Shown here one piece after another: positions 44,270 to 56,697 of a stretch of 64,000 nucleotides of DNA. The notes under the pieces were generated by a model. It made no database searches and had not been told where the DNA came from. It saw only the letters and a list, made by a program, of their open reading frames with translations. The translations under genes were made by a program, and so were the position numbers. The stretch comes from Marsupella aquatica (taxonomy: Eukaryota; Plantae; Marchantiophyta). The stretch is from contig OZ316899.1 of the NCBI GenBank assembly GCA_973895155.1, forward strand, positions 10,753,135 to 10,817,134. The letters are read 5' to 3'. Numbering within the stretch: position 1 is the first letter of the stretch; every line of letters begins with the position of its first letter.

Positions 44270-45884
44270 AGAAGGTCGCCGAGCCCTCACCAATCACCTC
44301 ACAGCACTCACGCTTAAGTGCCCTTGGTGCCCAAATGCCTCCACAGAATACCTCGAGCAAGCAACCTAGTGTCCCTTGCACCGCTAGCGGCCCCTCCCAT
44401 ACCAAGCCGCACTTACTCTCTAACACGACTGCTACTCAACGGTCCTCCCTATCTGCACAAGCAACCAAGCACCTCGGTAAGTAACCCTTCAGGATCTAGA
44501 ACTCGCCAAGTCTAGCATCCTAACTCAAGCTCAACAGACGTTGGTAAATAGGTCAGCGATAGGTCCTCCCGATGCCATAAGCCAGAACCAGAACCCACGC
44601 CCACTGTTCATCCAGAACAACTTCTTCCTTGGGCGCAGCCCGGGTTCCTCCTCGTACCTATCCATCACCAACTGACTACCCTGACCTCAGGACATGCTCA
44701 TGGCCCCATTAGCGTAGCTTGTCCTAAAGCTTGTCCCAAGCTTGTCCCAACACGCCAGGACCAGAATAGCCCCGACTCTAGCAACCGCTCCCGGTTTGCC
44801 CCACTGGGTGGTCTAGGGGCCGAGCACCCTTGGGACTCAGCCTCCGCACCTACTTGGCCTTGCCTCCCCAACGCAAGCTCCCTTGGGAGACTGAACGCGG
44901 CTTGGCTATTGTTCGGCAGGATTCGGCAAGCGGGCGAGCTAACACCCACAAACCACAAGAACTCACGGCACCCCCAGACCCAGTTGAGCTCAGGAGGACG
45001 TAGCCCTCCTCAAGAACTTTCAACGCACCCAAGAAGTCCTCCAACGGACTTCCCGTTGTGAAGATATCACCATTTCTGTTTGGCGGTTTCCCTTAGTGTC
45101 GCGACCGCCGCGGCTCACAACTTCGGCTCGGCCTTAGCCCCCAGGGAGACACCGCTCCCCTCATATATGCTTCTGGAGACCTGCCACCACCAGACCAGCT
45201 TTGGTCCCAAAACATTTGGCCCCCAACCCGGATCCCATCGCGCATAATGGGCGCGCCATGAACTGGCAACGCCCATAACTTTCTTGATAGGCATCCGCAA
45301 GCGGAGTGCCTTAGCCCGTTGTGACCGGGCCAACCCAGTGCTCATGCCTAGGCCGTCAGGTCTAATCGCCGCTTGGGGCCCCCGACCGGCCCAACCCGGA
45401 TCAGGCCACAACTTGCGCCCCAAGCGTCCATTGCCAATGGCGTCAACTCCATTGGCCTTGGGCCCAAGAGGAGCTCACTCCCAAGTCCTCAAAAATCAGA
45501 GTCCATCCGGAGGTCCGGACGGCCACCCTTGAGCCCGGCCCATTTCCCTTTGACCCGACCAGCCATCGGCTAGTCCAAGTCCTTAGTGTGTGCCCCCAGC
45601 TTGGCTCCTTGCCTCGCTAGTGCCACATCTCATTGCCCACAAGTCTCCCTATGCTAAGTCCTCCCCGGATGGCCTATCCGGGCCTGGACCATAAAGGAGC
45701 TCGACATTGGAGTCAGCAATGTAGGAGCTAAAGGTTAAGGTAGTCGAGTTCCGCGACTCTTACCTAGAACTAAGCATACCACGGTTAGACTCAAGACCAA
45801 CTGCCCAACCGCCTTACCTACCTAAGGGACTATATGTATCGGATGAGAATGAATGGAAGAACTGATTGTCAATGAGCTATAACA

Positions 45885-46750
45885 CGTTATCAGCACGAGG
45901 CTCCTTTTTTTGCTGCTGTCGACCGTTCACAAATTAAAATTTCTTTTCCAGAGGACCCTTTGGTGAAAGCTCTCGATACGGATTGCAGCGGCAACGAAAA
46001 CAATGCCGACCAATTGAGAATCAAGGACTCAACCTCATACACTAAAAATCAGACTCGCAAAAATCATAGTGGACAACCAAAAGCTTAGACAATTAATCAA
46101 TTGGATTACCCGGAGATCACACCAGAGCACATACATCGCGGTTATCAGACTCAAATCACAGAGTATTCACGATAAATTGAAATAGGATGTCTATACCCAC
46201 CAATTCTATCGAGAAACTACTATTCCAACCTCTCAGCATAGATGGCGCCAACTACTTATCCTGGACCTTGGACGTCGAGGCCCACCTCGCAGCTAAGGAA
46301 CTCTAGGACACGATCATCACAGATGCGGGAACTACACTACCGCAAAAGGCAAAAGCCTTGATATTAATTTGACACCATCTATGCGACCTTCTGAAGAAGC
46401 AATATATGAACGAATTTAATCCCTGGATACTCTGGGATGACCTCCAATCCCATTTTGATCACATTTGGACCATCTACTTGCCAGCAGCACGACACGACTG
46501 GATTAATTTGCGAGTCCAAGATTATAAGACGATCGTTGACTACAACAGCGAGCTATTCAAAATTGTAGCACAATTGGCAATTTGCGGACAGCCAGTAAAC
46601 AATGTCGAGCAAATCAAAAAGATGCTATCCACTTTGCATTCCGCCAACCTAATACTTTCAACGCAATACCGCAATATGGCCTTTACCAAATACTCCAAAC
46701 TAATTGCCCACATGCTCCTGGCGGAGAAGCATCAGCTCTTGTTACTACAG
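45885..46750 (+). mobile_element. Ty1/Copia (Bianca-type) remnant: PBS and decayed gag
   Basis: ...ATAACA|CGTTATCAGCACGAG matches the Bianca-type PBS pattern. Gag motifs DGANYLSWTLDVEAHL, QKAKALILI.HHL, ARHDWINLRVQDYK..DYNSELF, STLHSAN...QYR. Truncated at ~46750. Confidence 0.8.
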
Positions 46751-48827
46751 ATGTGGAATGGTAAAAAGTAACTATGGAGTGAAAGTGATCCATTTTAAAA
46801 CATTTTAACCTTACTTGAAGTTTATTTAGGTTTATCCGTCACCCCTTAATCCATTTTAAGCCTCAAAGGAATGTTATGGAAGAAAGCTAAGAAGTTTGAG
46901 TTAGGAAGGAGGAATCGCTTCGGACAAACAATCACTTTCGAAGAAGTCCAAAAGAAATTGCTTTGGGAGGAAGCAGAAGAATTGCTTTGCAGAAAGACCG
47001 GCTGAAGAATCGCTTTGGAAGTTGGAAAATCGGTTTAGACTTTCGGCAGCAACTTTGACGGACGATTGCGGATCGGTCCGATGTTGTTTTGAGGAGATTT
47101 TTGGTGCGTTGGAAAGCTCTTATCAAGGGCTATAAGGAGAATTTCAGTTTGGTCCCAAAAGACCAACTTCAGAATAACCCAAACCGATTCTCCAAGTTTT
47201 TTTGGCATATGTTACTTAAATCATTTTCTATCTCTTTTCTCACCTCTTGAGCCTTTCCATGAGTTAGATAGAGTAGGATATAGAGGGACATAGTTTAGTG
47301 TACCTTTAGGAATTAGATTTAGAGAGTCTTAGACTTATTTTACCTTTTAGGACCCTAAGTTTAGATGAGAAAAGGTTTTTAGGCTTCTAAACCTTTTGGC
47401 ATCTCAAACCTTTTGAGGGAGCCTTACAAGTGGACTCCCAAGACCATGATTCATTGTATTTTTTTCAACATTGATATTTGACCAAGTGTGGGTCTTTTTC
47501 TCGTGCCAAATTGGGCTTAGGAGAAAGAGTTTAATGGAGAAGACTTGTACCACTCACATCAATTGAATTTCAAACATTTCATGGATCAAACTTAAGTATT
47601 CAAGTTTTGATGTTTGAATTAGTTGTAGGTGTAGTTTGCTATGAAGAACCAAAAACACACTTAATGGTCTTCAAACTCGGTATTCGTTCCCGTAAAGAAC
47701 AAGATGGGGTTGGTTTGATAGATTTAAACAATAATAATAGACTGAAGATGTTTTCCACACATAGTAATCAAGTTTGATTACTTTACTAAGGTATTTTGAA
47801 GATCGCTCCACAGCGGTGAGAAGTTTTCAATGATAACTCAACATCATGTAAACATAAATTAATGAAAAGGGAACGATTAACAAAATCACAGGGAAAAATA
47901 TCTTAAAGTATGCTAAGGGAGTCTGGAATTGACCAAGGTTGCTCCTTAGACATAAGTCAAAATGAAAAGACTTAAGGATTCAAATCCACGTTTGCTTTTC
48001 AGATCTAAACTGCTTACTAGAGTACTCTTTTAAAGTGCCGTCAACACGTCTCTTTTTTTTCTAAGTGGTACTCAGACAAGATCTAAAAGAGTGACTACTT
48101 CAACATTTAGATGGTACTAAGCAACACGAAAGAAAATCCATCAAATTCATTAAAACATAAACTCAATGAGTTAACTCTAAGAACTCAGGAGATTGCAATG
48201 AATCACCAAAAAGGAATCTATCATCACAACTCAAAAGATTTGCATAAAAGGAATTTTACTTCCTGTGTTTATAATCATAGGTTAAAACACAAGGAGGTAA
48301 GTCTCTCCAAATGTTAAACCTGATCTCGAACTCATAGATTCATGATCAACTAGTTTAACACAAAGAAGAGGCAAAAATGCACAACTTTACCATAAACTAC
48401 ACTAGTGGTGGAGGGGTCTTGTAGTAAAAATCTACAGAGTGAGAGGTCATAAGGTCGAAGAGACATGCCTCTTTATACCTCTCAAAAAGCTAAAATGGCG
48501 ATTCAGTAAGTGAAAAGCCGGAAAAATGGCTAAGTCTGAACTCGTAAACTAGTAAACTCGTAAAAACGTAAAGTTGTAAAGACGTAAACTCGTAAAGTCA
48601 TGAACTCGTAACTCGTAATTGCGGTAAAGTAAAGACTTAGCAAACTCAACTATTTTTAACTTCCTAAATATGAGTAAGAAAACTCCGAGGTTTTGCCAGC
48701 AGGCTTTCCTAGGTACAGTCTATATACTAAAGAAGTATGATAGCTTCCAAAGCTCTAGAACACATTTATAAAAATCAGATGAGATGCACTACTCCTAAAA
48801 CTAACTAAAAACACTTAGAAAACTTCT

Positions 48828-51800
48828 TCAAGCTTGCTGTTGGATGTCCTCTGGTTCTAGTAACTCCACAAGGGTAACAGTCCGATTCCGTGTAACCTCC
48901 ATCAACTCAGTTTGGCGTGGGGATCCTCGGGAGTAAGGTAGGCATCTTAGTTGTCTCTCAGGATACATTAGAGGCATTCTCTTCATTAAATAACATGAAT
49001 CTATACGAAGAGCTTCTCTATACATCCCAATTACATCATAATTGTTGCAAGAAGCAGCATATACTAGGGGATAATGGTACAGGAACTCATCACTATTCAT
49101 CATCCTGGAATAGAAAGGTCAAAGCCTCCATCTGACATCTCTAAAGTACCGGTTGAAGTGGGTCAGGGTCTGAGTAGTGACATTGTTCCAGATTCTCTGT
49201 TTCTCAGCTAATGAACTGGTTGAAACAAGGGTAACTTTGGGTTCTTGAGGGATGTAATCATGTTGTAGAGCAGTAGACTTCTTGCTTTGCATCAGGAAAG
49301 AAACGACAAAATCCAGGGCATAGGCTGCAAAGTTTCCAAAGTATGCCAAAACTAAATCTGAATCCTCTACCTCTACATCACCTTGAAGTAGCATCATAGC
49401 AAGAATAGGCCGGAAGTAGACAGAGTCGGTCTAGAACTCATCAAATTGTGCCATCTCAACTCTGGAAGTCCCAAAACACCTCAGGTCAAAAATGTAGCTG
49501 GCCTCTGTTTTCTTGAGATAGTAGTATCTCCAAAACTCTCCAACCGGTGGTCTGTTGGCCTGCATAATCTTACAGGTCTCTACATACCTGCATACTTGGA
49601 ACTCTGGAGGTCTCGGGTATCTACTCTCGATGACAGCATTTCGGGGTGTGATGCCTAGCCAGGAATCATTAGGCTAGTTTAATTAGTAAAATCAGGAGTG
49701 TATCCTAGGAAACACCTTAGTCTAGTAACAAAAATAGGGAAATATAAACAATTAAGGGTGACTATGGAACCATGGCCGAGGCTGAAAGTAAGGATGCCGG
49801 GGGAGGAAACACGATTAGGGTTAGGGCGCGCTAAGTACCGGAGGCCACCAACAGGAAGGAAGAGCAGCCAGGGGGGGTAAGGACCGAGCACAAGGACTGG
49901 CGGCTCATTTGCAAACACAAGCCAAGCGGACGACTACGGGAGGCCAACTGCTGTCCGCTGCTCAGGCAAGCACTCGGAGTGGAAGCTGATACCGACGATC
50001 AACTCAAGAGGGGTATGAGCAACGTCAATCAAGCTACTCATTTTTGGGGATGCCTGTTAGAATGGGCAACTGAGTACATTGGGACCTACCAAGACGAAGA
50101 ATGGCTCGAGAACGGCAGGAGCTCACTCGGCTGTGGGAGCTGCAGAAGTCTGCTTTCTTAGGAGGAAAACTCATTACGGCTGAATTCTTGTGGACGCCTA
50201 CTGCTGACGAACTCGACGATCTTCCATTTTGTGAGAACAAGATAGTCGGCATCCGGGAGGCCATCAACCGCTGCAACGACATACACTAGGAGTTGAAGGG
50301 TAGCACGGAGGGGTGGACGAAGGCAACCGTGCTAGGAGAAACATCCACGGCAGCCGCTATGAAAAGAAAAGGGAACAACAACAAAGAAGCCACCCCTGCA
50401 AAAAGAATGAGGTCGGCGACACCCAGGAAACCAACAAAGTAGGGAAGCATGAGGCAGGCGGAAGCCAACGAAGAGGAGGTTGACCCCGTCAATGCCGTCC
50501 CAACAAGAGATGACACTTGGTAAGGCTGGGCGATGACCCTCCCCGAGGAGGTGCAATTACACTTTGCACGGGAAGAGGATGCATGCTTTACGGCTATGCA
50601 GACTCGGAAATACCAAGGCTTCATGGCCGGATCCGGCTTGGAAGCATTCGTAAAGTTACCATGGCTGAAGCCGGAGGTGCCGGATTCAGACTTACTGGAA
50701 TTTGTGGGATCATGGGAGCCCGAGACCAATTCCACAAGGGTGTATGGGAAGGATTTCTATCTCACTCCCCAGGTGATTGCTGAAGTGTTTGGCTTGCCGA
50801 TGGGCAATAAGACCAAAGTAGATACCAAGAAGACCTTGCCAGACAAGGAGTTCCGGTCATTTCCAGGGCCATCAACAAAGAATGGCTTCTTCCGAAACAC
50901 CTGCACCAACCCGCACATAGGAGAAATGATCGATTTCTTGCGGGTGATCATGCATTGTAACTTGCCGAGGGCAGAGATCGGCAAGCACAGGTCTATCTGG
51001 CTGAGAGGCCAGACCCGAGCCGAGACTACAACGGGTACCTCCTCACCCAACTAAAGAAGATCTTGAAGGAGGAACAGCTGGTGATTGGCATGGGAAGCGT
51101 GTCCCGGCTTGGTTATCACATGCCGCTGTTGTGCCGGTATGCCCAAAGCCAGATATTTGCCCCGGTACTGCCCCTACAAGCAAGAGCACCAGAGGAGGTT
51201 CCGGAACTGAGGCCGACAATAGAGAAACCGAACCAGCCCGACCGTCCTACAATCAAGCAGGTGTTTAGGCCGAGGAAGGAGGACTTGCCGATGCAACAAC
51301 CAGGCATGCAGAATCTGCTAAAATTGTTGGAGAAGGAAAGGAGGACGGCAATGGGGCCAGTACATAATACTGCTTCCAAAGTTGGCCTTAGCCAACTTAC
51401 TAGGGAAAACCCCTGTACAGGGGCCAAGGAGAGAAGGAGGCCGGAACACGAGCCGGGAGTCCAAATGTATGTAGGAGCTTCACGTCCCAAAGCCGAGGAG
51501 AATCAGCTCAAGGCCCCTGGTCACGACAAGGAGAAGATGAGATCAACGTGGAAGCCGGAGGACCCAGGACCCGTGATCTGTGGGGTTGTGTTCACGGCAG
51601 GATCAGGACAGTAGCGGGGGGAGCTGGTAGTCCAAGCCGAGGAGGAGGCGGTAGAGGGCTACGACAATGATGACTCCGGCTACGGGTCGGACCATCATGT
51701 TCCAAGAATAAGGACCCGTGGCAGGTTCATCCCCACTCTTCCAAGAGTAGTTTGAGGGGACCCGACCCAGCAGAGCAGCCCCGAGTCTCCCCCACCAGAT

Positions 51801-54800
51801 GTCGCTCCCCCGAGTTTTGACGGCATCAAACAGACGGCATAGGAGTTTTAGGAACGACGCAGTGAGGAAGAGGAGGCAGCCCTGGCAAGGGAGAAGGATT
51901 TACCAGGAGGAGAATGGCCGGAGGACATCCGGCGGCTTGCAGAAAAACGAAGCAGCCCGCCAACCATGATAGAAGAAATTTGCAAGGCTGTCTGGGAACA
52001 AAGGCCGTGATGGATGATGCCGATGACTTTTGCTCACTCCGCCTATGCTAAAGAAAGAGCCATGGAGTACGGGGAGATGTGTGGGGAACTTGCGCTTGCA
52101 TCTTTGGGGAGGAGTTGGAGCACGGACCTTTTTTGCAGAGGGAAATGTTGGAGAAGCACCGATTAGAAGAAGCGGTGGCTTTGGAAAGAAGTAAGAAGGA
52201 CGAGGTCATCCGTTGGCTTAGGGCAAGGGAAGCCGAGGTAGAAGACCTGAAGGCGTCCAAGAAAGCCCAAGATGAGCTGCGGATTAAGCGGCATGAGCTC
52301 AACATCATGCAAGGGCAATTGGATACCGCGCAGTCTGATAATCAGATTATCAGGGATAAACTGACTCGGACCCAATGTGATCTAGCCGATTCGATCAAGG
52401 AGAAGGAGAAGTGGAAGCAAAAGCTGAGAGACACAATGGAGGCCCACATAGCAGCCAACAATTGGGCCATGGCGGAAACTCAGAGAAGGGAAAGGGCGCC
52501 GAAGGGGGAACTCGAGGATATCCGCGGAGCCCTTGAGCAGAAGGAGGCCGAGTTAGGGAAATCCTATCAGGCGATTATCGTCCTGTGGCAGGAGCTCGCA
52601 TCCATGACGGCCAGCTTCAAGGCCAACCTCCGCGAGAAAGATGACCAGCTCGACCAGACTTATGCCAAGATGAATCAAATGGAGTCTGAGGTCATTGCGG
52701 AGCTTGACAAGGAGCTGAGAGTAGCCCAGGAGGAGAAGGCGACCTTAAAGAAGGAATTGGTGGAAGCCCAAAAGGAGCGGGAGGAAGCGCGCAAGGACCT
52801 GGATGAATTACAGGAGGAGTTGGAGGAAAGCACGCGGAAGATGGAGAACTTACAGTGGCGAGCCGACAACCAAACGGAGCGGCTGAAGAAACAGGCCGCA
52901 GTATTTAAGTGCTTGGCTTCCTCAGGACCAACTCCAATTGGGGCAACCAAGTTACCTAGTGTAGTACTGGCCGAAGGACAAGTCGAGACACTCGCACCGG
53001 TGCCGGAGGTAAGTGGCAAGGGGAAGGGGCCAGCTGCCGAACCAAAGAAGAAGAAGAAGCGGAAACCTTCTGGGTCAAGGAGTAATACGGCTCCTCAAGC
53101 CGGCGTGACCAAGGAGGTAAACCCAACACCAGGCAGGGTCACGGCAGAGGATCCACCTGCCCTAGAAGGCGGGATGATGAAGCCATGGCTAGGATACTCG
53201 GTGATGAAGTCGGGGTACCGGATCCATCACTAGAACATGTCGGGGAGGCCGTGGCCGATGCTGAGGCCGAAGCCGAGGGTGGACCCAGTCAGGCTGATGG
53301 AGAGTTGACTCGGTCAAGAGCAGGTAATCTGTCAGAGGACGGACCTACGGTAGTGGCTGCGGAGGAAGTGTTGGGGGCGTCGATTGAGGACCAGACACCG
53401 TTGCCATGACGGTGGTGGAGGGCCACTCCTTTTAAGGAGGGCGGACGTGGAGGGAGGAGGCGTGAGTGGGCAGGGCAGGCTCAAATCTTCAAGTTTAGAA
53501 TTAGGATCAGGACCAAGGGGCGGCCCTGACACTTAGCGTAGTGGGATTGCGGATCCACTGGTAAGAGCAACACTTCTGCTCCTGCCTCGCTATACATAGG
53601 TAGATTATAGTTAGGTAGATTAGGCTTACGCTGCAAGGAATTAGGCGGATCCACTACCAGGATAAGTACCTGGGCTGCGGGGAGTTGAGGGCCTTCTTCC
53701 TTAGCAAGTTTTTAGTGCACCAACAGGGCTGGGATCAAGTAGTTAAAGAAGCTCTCGGTTAGTTATACTGTGACCCTTGTGTATATTCATGTTTCCTCAT
53801 ACCTAAGAAATGAATAGAGTTGGCCTCACGGCTTAGTTCGCAGATCTTGTATATGAGAAGTACTGTTTGTATGGCAAGTGCATGGTATAACTCAGTCAGA
53901 AGGAGTCATTTTGCTATTTGTGTGTCGCATTAACTTGTTTGAAGATTGCCCACATCAACCAAGAAGGGAGTAAGCAAGGTAGTAAGAGTTGGATGTGTCG
54001 AGCTGAGATAGGTCTTAGCGGCTTACCCAAGCCAGTTGGGGATCATTTCGGCGGCAGAATCCAAACATACCTAAAGGAAAACCGAGAGAGGAGGACAAGG
54101 GAAGGCCAAGAATAGGCCGGCTACGTATCTCATGACCCGATGAAGGATCTGTCCAGTATATGTGAGTAAAATGTTAATAGCAATAGTAGTAGAAGGAAGT
54201 TAGCAGCGTCCCATGCCGCTAAAGCCGTGAAATTGGCCTCACCAAGAGCGAAACCTACGGGAATCGGCTTGTGAGAGGGGTTTCTTGGGTTTAGGGAGCC
54301 ATGGGACGCACCACACGGGGGGTCTGAGTAGATGAGGTGACGACTGCTACTAAGTTTGGATTGGATCTTAAGGCAGTGTCAACATCTTCAAACCCTTGGC
54401 TTGGTGACGGTGTTAAAGAGTTGTCATAAGATCGAATGGAATTAAAATCAGAGGGTGGGTCAGAATCTTCAGGTAGATCCTCTCAAAAATAAGGATGCTC
54501 ATACTATGACTGATTGTAGGGTGGTCCTTCTGTGGGTTTGTAGTTGGAATCAGGACTGTAAGGGTGGGAACTTGGACTAGGAGAAAGTGTAGCAGTAGGA
54601 CATCGCTGCACTAAGTTGCTGATTGCAGATGTTATCTGTCGAGGTTCACACTAAAGCATTTCTAGTAATTCATCCACAATAGCTGCACAACTGATACCCT
54701 CTGTCACTAGAATGGGGTCACTTAGTTTTAGGAGAGGGACCTGTTGGGTAGCAGGGGTGAGAGTCACAAATTCCGTTGGTGCTGATTCTCTTGGGGGAGA

Positions 54801-56243
54801 GGTCATCCTGATAGGGCTTAACTGGTCAGGGAATGGTGACTGGTCAAGTGCAAGCTAGAGGGGTACTGAAAGGATCTCCATTTTCTCCACCAAAAGGACA
54901 TAGGTCCTTGGTAAAAGCAATCACTAGAGGACAAAAAGATCAAAATGTTACATGGAATGGCCAGGATTGTTTTGGTGAGATTGAAAGGTAAGATCTTGCA
55001 TGCCAAATCTTTGGAAGTGTGTCCACATATTTCGGAATTTAAGAAGAGTGCCCAATCTTTTTGGAAGTGTGCACAATCTTTTTGGAAGTGTGCCCAACCT
55101 TTTTGGGAGTGTGCTCAGCTAAATCTTAATGACATTTATACTCCTTTCACTCTCCTTTTTGAGCTAGTCCTTGGGGACTCCTTTGGTACCCCTCTAGCTT
55201 GCTTTTGACCGACTTCAAACTGACAGCTTCCATTCTTAAATCATTAACAGCGTCATAGAGTCCATCACCACTGCAACTGAGAAGAGATGTCAACTTATCA
55301 ATGAGTTGCTGATTTGATTCTGCTTTTGAAGGAGTGGATGAGCTGGTCCTTAGGTTGACAGCAGCAAAAGCCAGTTCAACAACGTCTGCTAGTTGCTCAA
55401 AGAAATCCTTGTCTTCTTCAGCTCCAGGTTGATCTCCCGCATTGACTTCTCTTGAGTTATGAGCAGGCGAAGCTTCAAGACCACCCACTAATACATCTTC
55501 TATGTCCATATCATCATTCTGATCATGGGGATCCAGGGAAATGGCATCCACACCAATTTCTTCCTCAATGTCCAACTCAATCAAAAGTAACCCTCTTTCG
55601 GTTCTCTCCTCCGGATGTAGACAGTCATGAGCCTGGTAGAGTTGAGATAGATAAACTTGCAGATAAGTGGGACTGTTTGCCTTTACACTTCTCACCTGAT
55701 CCTTCATCACATTGAAAATTAACAAGACCCAGTTCACCTGGATGGCTCCACTGTGAGCAGCCACAATAGTGTTTACCAAAGCTATAGGACAGATGGTTGG
55801 CTTTTTCAGATGAAAAATGGGTAAAAATTCAGAAGAATTCTCAGATCCGGATAAGTACATTGTGTCAGATTCCAGCCATTAGTAATACTGTGAATCCCTA
55901 AGAAGTAAGGAGTTGACAAATCCTTCTTCTTTGAATACAATCCTTCTCCTTCTGAGGGGCAGCGGAAGGCCTGGGCAATTTGCTCCACAGTCCATAAGTT
56001 GGGTCGAGCTTGAATGGTCTGTCAAAATTCAGGAGCAAGCAGCGACCCTTTCACAAAATCCTATAAATACGTGTCGAGCTCTACATTCCAAGGAATTGCG
56101 AGTAGATGCTCAAGTCCCAGCTGCCGTAACGATGTTCTCAAATTTTCACAACTATCGGGCGCCAGAGGAATTCGAGCTACTACACTCTTAGGAATTGGCA
56201 AAGAATTGACACAGTACTGCTCATCAGTGCCGATGTCCGCCAT
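48828..56243 (-). pseudogene. Family D extra ORF downstream of integrase (plant-transposon-like domain + low-complexity region), split by the family A solo LTR
   Basis: LRQLGLEHLLAIPW...EQIAQAFRCP...NGWNLTQCTYPDLR..L.F...VNWVLLIF...YLSQLY. Coding-like sequence resumes at 49641-48828 beyond the insertion. Confidence 0.65.
49647..54315 (+). mobile_element. Solo LTR of family A with decayed ORF
   Basis: TGTGATGCC...GCACCACA with a perfect 5-bp TSD CGGGG (49642-49646 / 54316-54320). Confidence 0.96.
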
Positions 56244-56697
56244 AGCTCTAATCTATTCTGTCGAGTGCGCAAAGAAGTGGGGAGGCTGATAGAATCAATG
56301 GAGGAGGCAGGAATTTAGTCAAGAGTGAGCGCCCGAGTCTACATTGTCTTCTTTTCAAGTCGCGCTCTTCTTCTGTTGTGGAGTCCCGTTAAAACTAGCC
56401 GTAAAATGTCGCGGTCACTGGTCGCCAACTCGTAAGGCATAACTCTTAGTCCTAACTCGTAAACCCGTAAATCGTAAACTAGTAAACTAGTAAACTCGTA
56501 AATGGAGTCTACTTGTAAACCCGTAAATTGTCAACTCGTAAACTTGTAAACAGGAGTTTACTTGCAAACTTAAACTTGAGAACCCGTAACTTGTAGACAG
56601 AATGCTATCTCCGCTATGTTAGCAATAATTATAGTCTAAACACCATAAAAAAATTAAAAAAATTCAGTTTCTTCCTACTTTTGGAATTACCCACTAC

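Noticed and set aside
46752-47759. Solo LTR TGTGGAA...TTCCACA
   Set aside because: Inverted ends exist, but the flanks (ACAGA/CATAG) are not a TSD and the Copia sequence does not resume.
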